In this document: one piece after another, positions 40,979-51,678 of the stretch
Layout of the letters: each line of letters opens with the position of its first letter
Numbering within the stretch: position 1 is the stretch's first letter
From: a virus
Taxonomy: Duplodnaviria > Caudoviricetes
Length of the DNA stretch: 64,000 bases
IMG/VR virus record: IMGVR_UViG_3300028832_000095
Span: 128,001 to 192,000 of that record
Direction: 5' to 3' (one strand)
Made by a program: the position numbers and the translations under genes
Notes under the pieces: generated by a model
The model's database searches: none
What the model was told of the DNA's origin: nothing
The model's input: the letters and a program-made list of their open reading frames with translations, nothing else

Positions 40979-41701
40979 ATGTTAGATAATATCATGCTTT
41001 CACTAAAAGAGGAACTTAAAAACATTAAGCATGAAATAGAAGAAAATAGATATTTCACAACTAAGGGAAATATTGACGGAGTTATTTATGGTGTCATATT
41101 GAAAGATAAAACATATTTTACTCTTACGGCGAATAATTCAACATTGTTTCCTACCATTGATTTTAATGATATTTGTTTTATATATAAGAAAAGAGATATA
41201 GACAAACACTCAGATAGAAAAGAAACCTGTAATTCAGATACAGGTGATTCTAATATAGGTGTTGATTTCGACAGTTACTTGAAACTATATAATGCCTTTG
41301 GAAATAAACTTATTATTAAAAGAACAGTATCAGAGTATCTACCTGAAATCAAATCCGATGTTGAATACCTTCTTAGTGAAAAATATTGGGAAAAGAGTAT
41401 TGAGGATGATTACGATTGGGAAGATGAGTTCTATACATATTCACAAGATCATTCTTGTTGGAATGTTTCAATTCATAGTAAATACTTCTCAATAGACCCT
41501 CAAACAAGTGAAGATGATCTCAGAACAATTCTTAAAAATATTGATAATATCTCATATGCTATGAAGGACTTTATTTGGGATACAGTTGTTGGTGACATTG
41601 AAGATTTTTGTGATTTTCAAAATCATGGATGTCATTATATTGAACTTGCCGAAAAATATTGTGGTAATTTTACGATTGATTTAATGAAAGCTAGGTTGTG
41701 A
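40979..41701 (+). CDS. Hypothetical protein, paralogue of 13421
   Basis: YGVILKDKTYF; SD GGAGG. Confidence 0.65.
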   Translation: MLDNIMLSLKEELKNIKHEIEENRYFTTKGNIDGVIYGVILKDKTYFTLTANNSTLFPTIDFNDICFIYKKRDIDKHSDRKETCNSDTGDSNIGVDFDSYLKLYNAFGNKLIIKRTVSEYLPEIKSDVEYLLSEKYWEKSIEDDYDWEDEFYTYSQDHSCWNVSIHSKYFSIDPQTSEDDLRTILKNIDNISYAMKDFIWDTVVGDIEDFCDFQNHGCHYIELAEKYCGNFTIDLMKARL

Positions 41702-42915
41702 TAATAATGATTGAACAGATAAAAAGAATATTTATAGATATACTTCCATCATATATTATAAAAGAGTATCTGATGGAAGAAATACTCGATCCTAACGATA
41801 CTATAATGTCTGGTAATAAATATAAGGATCATATTGAAACAAGAAAGAGTATAAACACACATCTAAAAGGACTTGCTACAAGAATTAGAAATTTACCGTA
41901 TATAAAAAGTTGTAATCCAGACCCATCCAGAAGTAAGGGAAAAGGACTATCTAACTATATAGAAGTTCAATTCAACTATCCAGACGGTTTAACAAAAGAT
42001 GAGATTGATAAGAATTATAAATATACAATACGATTTTCTGATCATGAGGATACACATAAAGATTCCAGAACTCATAAAACTTCTTATGTTGATGTTGTTG
42101 GTAGAAAAGTTAAGAATCTTGAAAAAGCAGGTATACGTGAGTTTAAGACATCGTTAGTTGATATACAAAATAAAATAAAGGATTTTGAGATTGGAAAATT
42201 TGGAGAACAAAAAACATTTATAAATAGAACAGATGAATGTAAACTACGAATAAGGGAGTTGACAATAAATGAGAACTTAGAAGAAATAGCTCCATCAACC
42301 TACTGTACCGATAGTGCAAAAGATATCGCTAACTGGATCGTAAATAAACCAAAACCATATAGAATTCTATATGATGTAAAATATGATATCTGGTGTATTG
42401 CGGATGCAATGTCTCAGACACACAGAGATATGTCAATAGATATGTTCGATACAGATACAAAATATCTATATGGGTATGCAAGAGATCTGGATAATGATAT
42501 TATAAAAATGCGCCAAATTGGTAATTATAGTAGTGGATGGACTGATGCGGAAGTATATTCAGATTTCCAGTTTGAACATAGAAATCTAGTAGGAATGATA
42601 TTCATTCCAAATAATATGAATTATAGAGACTATGAAGAATCTGGATTCTACGAGAATCAAACAAGACTTACAACCGGAACGATGTTTACATTATTCCCGT
42701 TCAACAGTACCGGAGTATTCAAGGATCTATATAGAAAACTATTTTACATGAATGCTATTCCTGTTTCTCTTAAACAGTTATTTAAGAACTGCTATAAAGA
42801 AATGGGAAGTGACTGCTTGGATAAGTTCTATCAAGATGCAGAAGCAATGGGATATTCAGAAAGTGAGATTCAGGACTTTCTAAACAGTCCGGAAATGGCA
42901 GATGTTGTTATATGA
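41698..42915 (+). CDS. Two-domain hypothetical protein (RFSDHE domain + second domain after KLRIRE linker)
   Basis: Paralogy with 13871; internal KLRIRELTINENLEE. Confidence 0.65.
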   Translation: MIIMIEQIKRIFIDILPSYIIKEYLMEEILDPNDTIMSGNKYKDHIETRKSINTHLKGLATRIRNLPYIKSCNPDPSRSKGKGLSNYIEVQFNYPDGLTKDEIDKNYKYTIRFSDHEDTHKDSRTHKTSYVDVVGRKVKNLEKAGIREFKTSLVDIQNKIKDFEIGKFGEQKTFINRTDECKLRIRELTINENLEEIAPSTYCTDSAKDIANWIVNKPKPYRILYDVKYDIWCIADAMSQTHRDMSIDMFDTDTKYLYGYARDLDNDIIKMRQIGNYSSGWTDAEVYSDFQFEHRNLVGMIFIPNNMNYRDYEESGFYENQTRLTTGTMFTLFPFNSTGVFKDLYRKLFYMNAIPVSLKQLFKNCYKEMGSDCLDKFYQDAEAMGYSESEIQDFLNSPEMADVVI

Positions 42916-43202
42916 TTATTTTTGGTAAAAAGTTAAATTTGACACAGTATAAAAACTATTTACTTCAATCTCTGGCACATAAGAATCCAAAAGTGGTATC
43001 AGATACAGAAAGCTATTTTTCAATGAATGTGCAAAAGGATGAACGAAATATATCTATAAATCTAAATAATCAAACAAAAGGATACATCATTATTGATGTA
43101 ATAGATCCTTATGCTATTATCCGCATTCCGAGAACAAAGATTTCAGACTTTGAGAAATTCAGGGAATTCTGTTTAAATACGATCAACGTAAACCTGATTT
43201 GA
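42912..43202 (+). CDS. Hypothetical protein
   Basis: ATGA-coupled ORF. Confidence 0.55.
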   Translation: MIIFGKKLNLTQYKNYLLQSLAHKNPKVVSDTESYFSMNVQKDERNISINLNNQTKGYIIIDVIDPYAIIRIPRTKISDFEKFREFCLNTINVNLI

Positions 43203-43242
43203 TAACCGTATAGAAATTATCTAAATTCGCATAACAATAACT

Positions 43243-43280
43243 TTACTCATACTTACAATAAGTATGAGTAATTTTTTTTT
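43243..43280 (+). terminator. Terminator hairpin just upstream of tail-gene cluster
   Basis: TTACTCATACTTA-CAA-TAAGTATGAGTAA + T9. Confidence 0.7.
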
Positions 43281-43305
43281 GAATTTTATTTTGGTGGTGA
43301 TTTAT

Positions 43306-44145
43306 ATGGATATTACAGAATTACTCTCCGAGATTGATAGATCAGAGACATATCCAAAAATGTTATCCATGACACTGGAAACGAATGCATTGTATCTGAA
43401 AATCAATACAACAGATTGGACAGAACAGATGCTTGCAGAGCTTCCGTCAATACAATTTGACATATATACAAATACAAATGGAACATATATCAAGTACAAA
43501 ACCGTAACAGTTTGTTTAGACACAGATATTTGTAACGGTAATTATGCTGTAGAAATTAAGGATGTACCGAATGATTCTTATCTAGCTGTCACTCCTATGT
43601 TTGATAATAACGCTATTGAATCACACAATAATCTTGTCTCTACTGGTATTATTGATAGTGATATGTGGGATACTGAAACAAGTTCTTTTGATGTTTCTAT
43701 TTCATATGGAGCAGAAGAAGGTGCTCCACCAACACCGCCTTCCCCGACACCAGAAGATTGTCCTTTTACTTGTGATATAGAATATTTTCTCGACTCCGAA
43801 AAAGAGTGGACTATAAACACCGCTACATATAAGAAATCAACAGACGAATATGGTGTTGGTATTTGCTGCACATTAGAGTCTGGTGGAACATGGACAGCAC
43901 CTATTTTACTATCACCAACACAAACCGCTGTTGGATATCTTGTGAACGGCAGTGCAGAAGGAGTATTGGGTGGTTCTGTTGTATACGATAATGTTACATG
44001 GTATTACAGTATATCTTATGGTCAGAGTGGAAGTTATGTAGCTGATGGTATGCCTATGTCTACATATGAAAATGTTAATTATCCTTTCTCTGAGCAACAA
44101 ATACTTGATTTCTTAGCTGAAATGAATGTTCAAAATAAATCTTAA
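43306..44145 (+). CDS. Putative virion protein (paralogue of 44168)
   Basis: WTEQM.ELP and P.FDNNAI..HN...TG shared; Pro linker. Confidence 0.55.
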   Translation: MDITELLSEIDRSETYPKMLSMTLETNALYLKINTTDWTEQMLAELPSIQFDIYTNTNGTYIKYKTVTVCLDTDICNGNYAVEIKDVPNDSYLAVTPMFDNNAIESHNNLVSTGIIDSDMWDTETSSFDVSISYGAEEGAPPTPPSPTPEDCPFTCDIEYFLDSEKEWTINTATYKKSTDEYGVGICCTLESGGTWTAPILLSPTQTAVGYLVNGSAEGVLGGSVVYDNVTWYYSISYGQSGSYVADGMPMSTYENVNYPFSEQQILDFLAEMNVQNKS

Positions 44146-44167
44146 TATAACATGGTGGTGATTAAGT

Positions 44168-45004
44168 ATGGCACAGACACAAATAGTAAACAGTATTTCG
44201 AGGTCTGATTCATTTCCAGTTAGTGCTACATTAAGTGCTTCTTATAATTGTGGAACATTGATGTTAATACTTTCCGGAACATGGACAGAACAAATGGTAT
44301 GTGAATTACCTGCTCTAAACTGCACTATTTACATTGATTCAGACACTATCTTACAATCTTTCAATGTGAATATGAGAACAGTATTAGAGAGATCTACTCC
44401 GGCTGATCCATATTGCATTCCTGTTTACGATATTCCTAGTCAATGTATTATCAAAGTAAGTCCATTATTTGATAATAATGCTATTATAGCTCATAATGAT
44501 ATGATAGAAACAGGTGTTGGTGGAACTGATGGAGGTATTATTTGGACAACTCCTACACAAACATTTGATCTTACTCTTGTATTTGATAATGCAAATATTA
44601 AATCTGGAAATTCCTCCGGTGGTGGCGGTGGAGGCGGAAGCTCTGATGCAAAGGATATTTCTTTTAATAATCTAGGAACATCACTGGCATCCACAAATGT
44701 TCAAGATGCAATCGTGGAAGTTGCAAATAAAACATCCACATCCGCTACTACAAATGCTACATTATATGCTAATAGCTGGGATACTGTAAATAGAACATAT
44801 GCAATTCCATGTGCAGATATTACATCTCAATCTGATATCTTTATTTCACTTCCTTCCAATACATCCGATGCTAATTATAATGCGATTGCAGAAGCTAACA
44901 TTGTAGCACAAAGTCAGTCTACCGGACAGGTTGTGGTTAAAGCAGTTGGAACTATTCCTACTATTGATACTCAGTTAGTTATAACTGTTTACAATAAAGG
45001 TTAA
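44168..45004 (+). CDS. Putative virion/tail protein
   Basis: Gly linker, NVQDAIVEV, TLYANSW, IPTID tail-fibre-type motifs. Confidence 0.6.
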   Translation: MAQTQIVNSISRSDSFPVSATLSASYNCGTLMLILSGTWTEQMVCELPALNCTIYIDSDTILQSFNVNMRTVLERSTPADPYCIPVYDIPSQCIIKVSPLFDNNAIIAHNDMIETGVGGTDGGIIWTTPTQTFDLTLVFDNANIKSGNSSGGGGGGGSSDAKDISFNNLGTSLASTNVQDAIVEVANKTSTSATTNATLYANSWDTVNRTYAIPCADITSQSDIFISLPSNTSDANYNAIAEANIVAQSQSTGQVVVKAVGTIPTIDTQLVITVYNKG

Positions 45005-45018
45005 AGGAGGAACATATT

Positions 45019-45390
45019 ATGGCAATTTATGTGGTTCTTCCAAATGAGAGAAAAGATAATAATATATCAAATTATATTCCCACGCAAAATATATCATCAA
45101 CCACATTTAATAATGGTTATAATGAATGTATACTATATAAAAATAATGACGAAGCAGCTTATAATGATTATAGAGAGAGATGTTTGGCAAAATTTCCGAT
45201 TCAAATAGATAATCAGCTATTGTATTATATTGGAACAAATCCAGATTTCTGGAGTGATTGTTATGTGTATACATCTGTTGGTGATGAAGGTAATTCTTCT
45301 GGTGCGGCTCCTAAATACAGGGTTTGTTATGCAATTGTCGAGAACTCTGTGATAACATTTAGAATCTATGAAAACACCTTTAATATGTAA
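45019..45390 (+). CDS. Hypothetical protein (tail cluster)
   Basis: SD AGGAGG. Confidence 0.55.
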   Translation: MAIYVVLPNERKDNNISNYIPTQNISSTTFNNGYNECILYKNNDEAAYNDYRERCLAKFPIQIDNQLLYYIGTNPDFWSDCYVYTSVGDEGNSSGAAPKYRVCYAIVENSVITFRIYENTFNM

Positions 45391-45407
45391 TAAAGAGGTG
45401 AATATGC

Positions 45408-45701
45408 ATGGGAATCTATATAACAACTCCTTCTCACATTAGCACAATAGAAGCTGAAAAAGTAAAGTATACAAATCCTCTTGGGACACTCACAAATGTA
45501 AAAAGTTCTTTGGATGATCTGTATGCCGCTAAAAATCCTGTTTACTTTGGGTCATATATGGAATTCCCAAATGTAGGATCTGAGGATATACTTTACATTG
45601 ACAAATCTACAACCTATATGTATTTATGGGATACTGAAACAGCATCATATAAACAACAGGTCAGTGATGTTACAAATTACATATTTCAATCAACATTATA
45701 A
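45408..45701 (+). CDS. Small tail-associated protein
   Basis: FPNVGSEDILYIDKST...YLWD motif seen in tail fibres. Confidence 0.55.
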   Translation: MGIYITTPSHISTIEAEKVKYTNPLGTLTNVKSSLDDLYAAKNPVYFGSYMEFPNVGSEDILYIDKSTTYMYLWDTETASYKQQVSDVTNYIFQSTL

Positions 45702-45722
45702 TTATAAAGGGGAGATGTTTTT

Positions 45723-47657
45723 ATGGCTGATGTAAGCATGAATGTAAAAATATTACAAGTCACAAAAACAACCGCACAGTGGGCATCTGTCACTGATATT
45801 ATTTCAAAGGGTTTACTTTGTGTAGAATTAGATACGAATGAAAAATCTTGGGTTAAGATTGGTGATGGTGTTCATACATATGCACAATTACCATATATTA
45901 CAGACGCTGCTATTGCAAGTCTTGGAGATTTTCTAAGAGTTAAGGGCGTTGTAGCAACTACATCATTACTTCCGACAACTGGAAATAAAGTTGGTGATGT
46001 TTACTTTGTAGGTGATGCATCAACAGCAGGATCAGATAAGTTTGAAGAATATGTTTGGACAACTGGAAGTACATGGGAATTTATTGGTAAGATTTCTGAT
46101 CCACCTACATATCATGGTGGAACTGGAATCACTATTGACAACAGTAATAATATCAACTTATCACAAGCAACAGATTCAAGTCTTGGCGGTATTAAGGTAG
46201 GTACTAATCTGTCAATAAATTCTTCTACTGGTGAATTAAGTGCAACAGATACTACATACAGTATAGCAGGTGCTTATGGTTCTGGTAATGATACATGGGT
46301 TACAACTCTTACTCCTTCCTCCGGTAGTGCGACAACTTCAACAGTTCCAAAAGCAACCACATCTGTTTACGGTATTACTACTTTAACAGACTCCACATCA
46401 TCTACATCCACAACAACAGCGGCTACACCAAACGCTGTTAAAAGTGCTTATGATCTGGCAAATGGAAAATCAACAGTTTCTCAATTCAGTGATCTAAGTG
46501 CTAATGGTTTAACGATTGGATCTGTTACTATTGATGGAACTGCAAACACTCTTAAAGTTCCTACTGGAACTACATCTTCAACAGTGGCATTAGGTAATCA
46601 TACTCATACAACTACTATTGCTGCTGGAACATCCGGAGATACAAATCAACTTACAATGGCATCTAATACAAAATATAAAATGACAACTGGCGGAACTAAT
46701 TTTGTATTTACAACTCCACCTGGAACAACTGTTTCAGTCAGTGATACAGTTGCAACCGGAACTAAGATTGCTACGATTACAGTTGATGGAACAGCAAATG
46801 ACATAAATGTGAAAACAACCGCTATCGCTACTTCTTCTGCATCAACAGGTGTTACAGATTTATCTGCTAATACAAAGTATGAACTTACAGCAGGAAATAA
46901 CTCAATTGTATTTAAGACACCTTCTGATACTACATATGAATTTGCTGACAGTTACAATGCTTCTACAAATAAGGGTGCAACTGTTGCAACTGTTACAAAT
47001 GCAATAAACGGTATTGATTTTCCGGTTGATGATGTTAAAATAGGCACAGCATCAATTGTAAGTAGTGGTATAGCAACAATTGCTGTTGAAGGTACATATA
47101 ATAGTTCATCTAATAAAATTGCAACACAAACAACTGTATCAGATGCTATTGCTTTACTTGATGGGAGTATAACAGGTACAGGTGGAACAACAAAAACTAT
47201 AACATCTTTATCACAAACAGACGGCGTTGTATCTGCTACATTTGAAAGCATTGATTTTCCAGTTACAGATGTTACTGTTAATGGAACTTCTGTATTAAGT
47301 AGTGGTGTTGCTGCATTAGGTGTTGCTGCCGGAAAAGATGTTACAGATAATTCAACGGCAACCGCTGTTACATCAACAGATACAAATCTAATTACAGGAA
47401 GAACATTATATAATGCCGGATATATTAAAAATGTATCTATAAACGGAACAAGTGGAACTACATTTACTGGTATTGCAAAATCTGCAACAATAAATGGCGG
47501 TGCTACAATATCCGCTGATAGTTCTACTGGAAATATTGCTTTAACTGGATTGGTGACAGGATTAAGTTATACAAATTCATCTGGAACAACATCTACTCTA
47601 TCTCCTACAAATGGAAATCTTGATGTAACATCTTTAATTCTTAACTGCTCACTATAA
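45723..47657 (+). CDS. Tail fibre protein
   Basis: Mtd/hyaluronidase-like N-terminus (WAS...KG...ELDT...KIGDG...LPY); ATDSSLGGIKVG; fibre repeat ATTSVYGITTL...AATPNAVKSAYDLA; T/S/G-rich. Confidence 0.8.
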   Translation: MADVSMNVKILQVTKTTAQWASVTDIISKGLLCVELDTNEKSWVKIGDGVHTYAQLPYITDAAIASLGDFLRVKGVVATTSLLPTTGNKVGDVYFVGDASTAGSDKFEEYVWTTGSTWEFIGKISDPPTYHGGTGITIDNSNNINLSQATDSSLGGIKVGTNLSINSSTGELSATDTTYSIAGAYGSGNDTWVTTLTPSSGSATTSTVPKATTSVYGITTLTDSTSSTSTTTAATPNAVKSAYDLANGKSTVSQFSDLSANGLTIGSVTIDGTANTLKVPTGTTSSTVALGNHTHTTTIAAGTSGDTNQLTMASNTKYKMTTGGTNFVFTTPPGTTVSVSDTVATGTKIATITVDGTANDINVKTTAIATSSASTGVTDLSANTKYELTAGNNSIVFKTPSDTTYEFADSYNASTNKGATVATVTNAINGIDFPVDDVKIGTASIVSSGIATIAVEGTYNSSSNKIATQTTVSDAIALLDGSITGTGGTTKTITSLSQTDGVVSATFESIDFPVTDVTVNGTSVLSSGVAALGVAAGKDVTDNSTATAVTSTDTNLITGRTLYNAGYIKNVSINGTSGTTFTGIAKSATINGGATISADSSTGNIALTGLVTGLSYTNSSGTTSTLSPTNGNLDVTSLILNCSL

Positions 47658-47694
47658 TGATTATATAATTCTAAGAGTGAGGTGATATTTATAT

Positions 47695-50600
47695 ATGTCA
47701 GATGTAATCGTAGAACTTAAAGAATTTAATGTTGAATTTGATGATACTAATACAAGTAAAAGTGCAAATATAGTTTCCGGTCATGATATAAAAGAATCAT
47801 TTGCTACAATTCATAAAAGATTGAATAATATTGGATACACTTGGGGAACAGAAAGAATTATAATTGACTCAAATGCAGACTTAGACAACTATAAGACACC
47901 TGGAATTTATGAAATGATATCTTCAAGCTACACGATAACACATTCTCCAATTGATGATAGATTTAGAATGTATGTAATGACTGTTGGAAATAACATGACA
48001 GCACAATATTATATTCCTGAAAACTATGATTGTATTTATACAAGAAAATATAGTGATATTAGTGGGTTTGAAGGATGGTCTGATTGGAAACGTATTGGCG
48101 AACAGATAATACTATCTTATGGAAATTCAACATGGGACGATTTCTACAATGCATATATTCATAATGCGGTCGTTTATTGTAGAGCTAGTTCCAATACTAA
48201 TCCAGCGACCGGAAGTCAAACAAGAATGGCATTTATGGCATATGTTAATAATGGAACAAGCCCAACAGAAGTTGAATTCCAATATTATAGAAGTGTAAGT
48301 TCTCATTCAGATTCCCAACAAGGAGATCAGGTATTTGTATATAAATTGGTTAAAAATAGTGGATGGTCTGTTACAACAAGAGAAGCAAGTTCTAAAATTG
48401 CTGTGACTTCTCCTATTGCGAAAAGCTATTCAAGTGGAACAATAACACTCAGCCATGCTACATCTGGTGTGACAGCCGGAACATATGATTCTGTTACAGT
48501 GGATGCAAAAGGTCACGTTACAGCGGGAACAAACTATCAACAAGAAGAAATTAACTATGCAATAAATACTGGTGTAAAGAACATACTCAAAATAACAGAA
48601 CGCTATAAGGAACATCAAGGCGTCACATTTACTGTGAACGCAGATGAGTCGGTTTCAATTTCAGGTGGAACTACCGGAACTAATTCATTTATAAGATTAA
48701 CCGGAAGTCAACCTTCAACCGACTATACCGATCAGGTTCCGATCCCAAAAGGAAAATATAAGATTAGTTGTCCAAAGGCAGTATCAACCGATACATTTAT
48801 TTTAGTAATAGGATATCGGGAATCATCCAGTGACACAAGGCATACATTACAGGCAAACTCTGGGAACGATTTTACAAATGAGTTTGAAATTACTACAGAC
48901 ACAGGACGATTTGATGTAACACTGCTATCTTATAGCACAGATACCTCATATACTGCCACGGTTTATCCAATGGTTAGGTCAGCAGAGATTACTGATAATA
49001 CGTTTGAATCATACGCGCTTCCTAATCCCGAACTAACAGCGTCAGAAATAGAACTAGTTGATAATGGGGCGAAGAATAAATTTTCTGGAACATATACTTC
49101 GCAAACTCGGAGTGGGATTGCATTCACTGTAAATGCGGATGGAACGATTACAGCCAATCGAGTATCTTCTTCTAATTCTGCGGCGAACATGCCTTCAACG
49201 AGTTTTACCCTTAAAGCTGGAACATATGTATTCAGTTGTTCGCCCAATCCACAAAGAGATGTTACATACGATTCATATGTATACAACATAGATGCTTCTG
49301 CAACAATAGCAAGAGACAATCCAAACGACCCTCCAGGAAATGTTTTTACAATAACACAGGATACAACGGTTAGAGTAAATGTAAGAGTTGCAAGTGGTTA
49401 TGCTGCATCAAATCTTATATTCTCGCCAATGATATGCTCTCTTGCAGAATGGAATGTATCTAAAAAATTTGTTCCTTATGTTTCGACAATTAGAGAATTA
49501 TTTGAATCAATACAAGATAATGATAATATAATCTCAGGATATGTTTCGGATAATACGGGAACAACAAAAACAGTAATAACAAGCGGTGTAAATGCAACAA
49601 AAAGTGTTAAAGATGGTACAATAGCATATATAACATTTAAGGAAGATAATACAGCTACTTATACAGATATAACAACAACTGGTATTAGTTTGTCTGTAAA
49701 TGGAACATCTGCTTTAATACCCGGTACCGGAAATGAATGTTATGATTATGATAATACATCAACAGTAAACCCTGCTGTCGGATCTATTGATACTATGTAT
49801 ATTGAATTAAATCCTCGTTATGGAATACAGGGTTGTACCAATTTATATATCTATAAAGATTTTGGAAATAATAATACTAAGTGGATATATTTATGTTCAA
49901 CAGGTTTGGATTTATGGTCTTTTTATAATTTCACCGGAATTAGTGGGACACTACAAAACATATACATGAATACAAATAGTTCCGGTTATAGCGTTAATCT
50001 AAAAGGTGATACTGTTTTTCCTTTTGCATTAGCAACCTGTGACACTTCTGCATCAGCACAAAATAAAGTAGCATCGGTATCTCAGTCAGCATGGAGTAGA
50101 AAAGTTGGTTGTATTGTTGCTGTAAAATATGCTAATACTAATACTTATAATGCTAATAATTCTACCACAGGAACAGGTTCTATAACACTTAATGTTAATG
50201 GCACTGGTGATGCAAATATTTATTATGGCTCGACTGCTGATCCAACAGGAACGAATTCAGCAGCATTTGGTTATGCTAATAGATATGCTTACTATATGTG
50301 GGATGGTACATATTGGGTTTGGTTGAGCCAAAGTACAGATAACAACACGACATATTCAGCAATATCACAAGCCAACATAACAAATGGTTCTGGAACAAGT
50401 AGTGGACTTATTACAGGTCAGAGAGCTAAACAAGCAGTCGATAAATTTGCATTTGGAACGAATACACAAATAACTTCCGGTTCTAATTTTGATAGTTATA
50501 CAACCGTTGGTGTTTATTATGTTGCTTCGGACACTGATGCATTAAATATAACTCACTGTCCTGTGGAATATCACGGAAGATTAGAAGTAATTACAACAAA

Positions 50601-51027
50601 AAGTGATTCAAACATAATGCAAATATACTATGCTAATATATCAAGTATAGACTGTCCTCAAATATTTGTTAGAGTTAGGGCAACAAATTGGGGTGGTTGG
50701 GTTGCACTAAATGGACAATCTGTTGGTATTCATCTGTCAACTGGAGATGACCTTGATAATATAGTAGATCCGGGTATTTACCAGTGTGGAACAGTTACAA
50801 AAGCAAAATCATTATTACATACACCATTTGCAGATGCTACAACACCGATAGGTCAAACTAATTATAACTCTGCCGCATTCAAATTTATTGTTGAAAACGT
50901 AAACTCGCCATCAACAATTAAACAAACCATAATACCGTTATATGGAAATTCAACACATTTTGAAAGAACAAGACTGAGTGGTGTTTGGAATACATGGTAT
51001 GCATTTTCCGGTACTGCTGTGATATAA
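47695..51027 (+). CDS. Long tail fibre / receptor-binding protein
   Basis: Three knob-type repeats (DLDNYKTPGIY, NFDSYTTVGVY, DLDNIVDPGIY); GVTAGTY.SVTVDAKGHVT; duplicated G.TFTVNAD module. Confidence 0.8.
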   Translation: MSDVIVELKEFNVEFDDTNTSKSANIVSGHDIKESFATIHKRLNNIGYTWGTERIIIDSNADLDNYKTPGIYEMISSSYTITHSPIDDRFRMYVMTVGNNMTAQYYIPENYDCIYTRKYSDISGFEGWSDWKRIGEQIILSYGNSTWDDFYNAYIHNAVVYCRASSNTNPATGSQTRMAFMAYVNNGTSPTEVEFQYYRSVSSHSDSQQGDQVFVYKLVKNSGWSVTTREASSKIAVTSPIAKSYSSGTITLSHATSGVTAGTYDSVTVDAKGHVTAGTNYQQEEINYAINTGVKNILKITERYKEHQGVTFTVNADESVSISGGTTGTNSFIRLTGSQPSTDYTDQVPIPKGKYKISCPKAVSTDTFILVIGYRESSSDTRHTLQANSGNDFTNEFEITTDTGRFDVTLLSYSTDTSYTATVYPMVRSAEITDNTFESYALPNPELTASEIELVDNGAKNKFSGTYTSQTRSGIAFTVNADGTITANRVSSSNSAANMPSTSFTLKAGTYVFSCSPNPQRDVTYDSYVYNIDASATIARDNPNDPPGNVFTITQDTTVRVNVRVASGYAASNLIFSPMICSLAEWNVSKKFVPYVSTIRELFESIQDNDNIISGYVSDNTGTTKTVITSGVNATKSVKDGTIAYITFKEDNTATYTDITTTGISLSVNGTSALIPGTGNECYDYDNTSTVNPAVGSIDTMYIELNPRYGIQGCTNLYIYKDFGNNNTKWIYLCSTGLDLWSFYNFTGISGTLQNIYMNTNSSGYSVNLKGDTVFPFALATCDTSASAQNKVASVSQSAWSRKVGCIVAVKYANTNTYNANNSTTGTGSITLNVNGTGDANIYYGSTADPTGTNSAAFGYANRYAYYMWDGTYWVWLSQSTDNNTTYSAISQANITNGSGTSSGLITGQRAKQAVDKFAFGTNTQITSGSNFDSYTTVGVYYVASDTDALNITHCPVEYHGRLEVITTKSDSNIMQIYYANISSIDCPQIFVRVRATNWGGWVALNGQSVGIHLSTGDDLDNIVDPGIYQCGTVTKAKSLLHTPFADATTPIGQTNYNSAAFKFIVENVNSPSTIKQTIIPLYGNSTHFERTRLSGVWNTWYAFSGTAVI

Positions 51028-51047
51028 TTTTTTAGGAGAGTGATTTT

Positions 51048-51260
51048 ATGTATTATTTAGTAATTATTCAAAATAACAATACACAATCTATATTTTCATA
51101 TCAAACTATTGATGAGGCACTATCTGTATTTCATACAGAGTTAGCATATCGTGGAGAAACAAGAAATTCTACTGTGTGTGTTATTCTGGAAGAAACAGGT
51201 GCTTTGATCAAAAGAGATTCTTGGCAAAGACCAACTAATGCACAAACATCCGAAGAATAA
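51048..51260 (+). CDS. Small protein after tail fibre
   Basis: SD AGGAG. Confidence 0.55.
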   Translation: MYYLVIIQNNNTQSIFSYQTIDEALSVFHTELAYRGETRNSTVCVILEETGALIKRDSWQRPTNAQTSEE

Positions 51261-51265
51261 TAAAA

Positions 51266-51295
51266 ATGGAACCCTAATTTTAATTAGGGTTCCAT
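51266..51295. terminator. Bidirectional terminator between convergent genes
   Basis: ATGGAACCCTAATT / AATTAGGGTTCCAT. Confidence 0.7.
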
Positions 51296-51299
51296 AATA

Positions 51300-51578
51300 T
51301 CAACATTCTCTAAACACATAAACAGGAATTCCATTTTTTGTTTTGTTGTCTACAAGCCACCATGTACTCTCGGATTCACCATCTGATTTTCCGTAACCGA
51401 AATACATATGATTATATTCATTTGTCTTTTTTACGGTTTCACAGAATAGTTTTTCTTTTGCAATGGATCTTGCTTTGTCAACAGAACAATAATCTTCCCT
51501 GATTGCACATAACATTCCTTTTTTGTCAGAGAACACCATAGCATTTACCTTTGATTTACTCATAGTTAAACCCTCCAA
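51300..51578 (-). CDS. Hypothetical protein (stand-alone minus-strand gene)
   Basis: Own promoter and GGAGG SD; probable start 51563. Confidence 0.65.
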   Translation of the reverse strand: MEGLTMSKSKVNAMVFSDKKGMLCAIREDYCSVDKARSIAKEKLFCETVKKTNEYNHMYFGYGKSDGESESTWWLVDNKTKNGIPVYVFREC

Positions 51579-51612
51579 ATATAATATAGTGGTAGATAAT
51601 ACCTACACATAT

Positions 51613-51641
51613 ATTATAACATATTTTATAGAAAATGTCAA
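51613..51641 (-). promoter_or_regulatory. sigmaA-type promoter (minus strand)
   Basis: TTGACA-N17-TATAAT on reverse strand. Confidence 0.8.
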
Positions 51642-51678
51642 TATGAAAATTAGATTTTTTGAAAGGGGTTGCTTCACA

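Noticed and set aside
45723-51027. Diversity-generating retroelement suggested by Mtd-like N-terminus
   Set aside because: No reverse transcriptase and no TR/VR pair differing at adenines was seen in the window.
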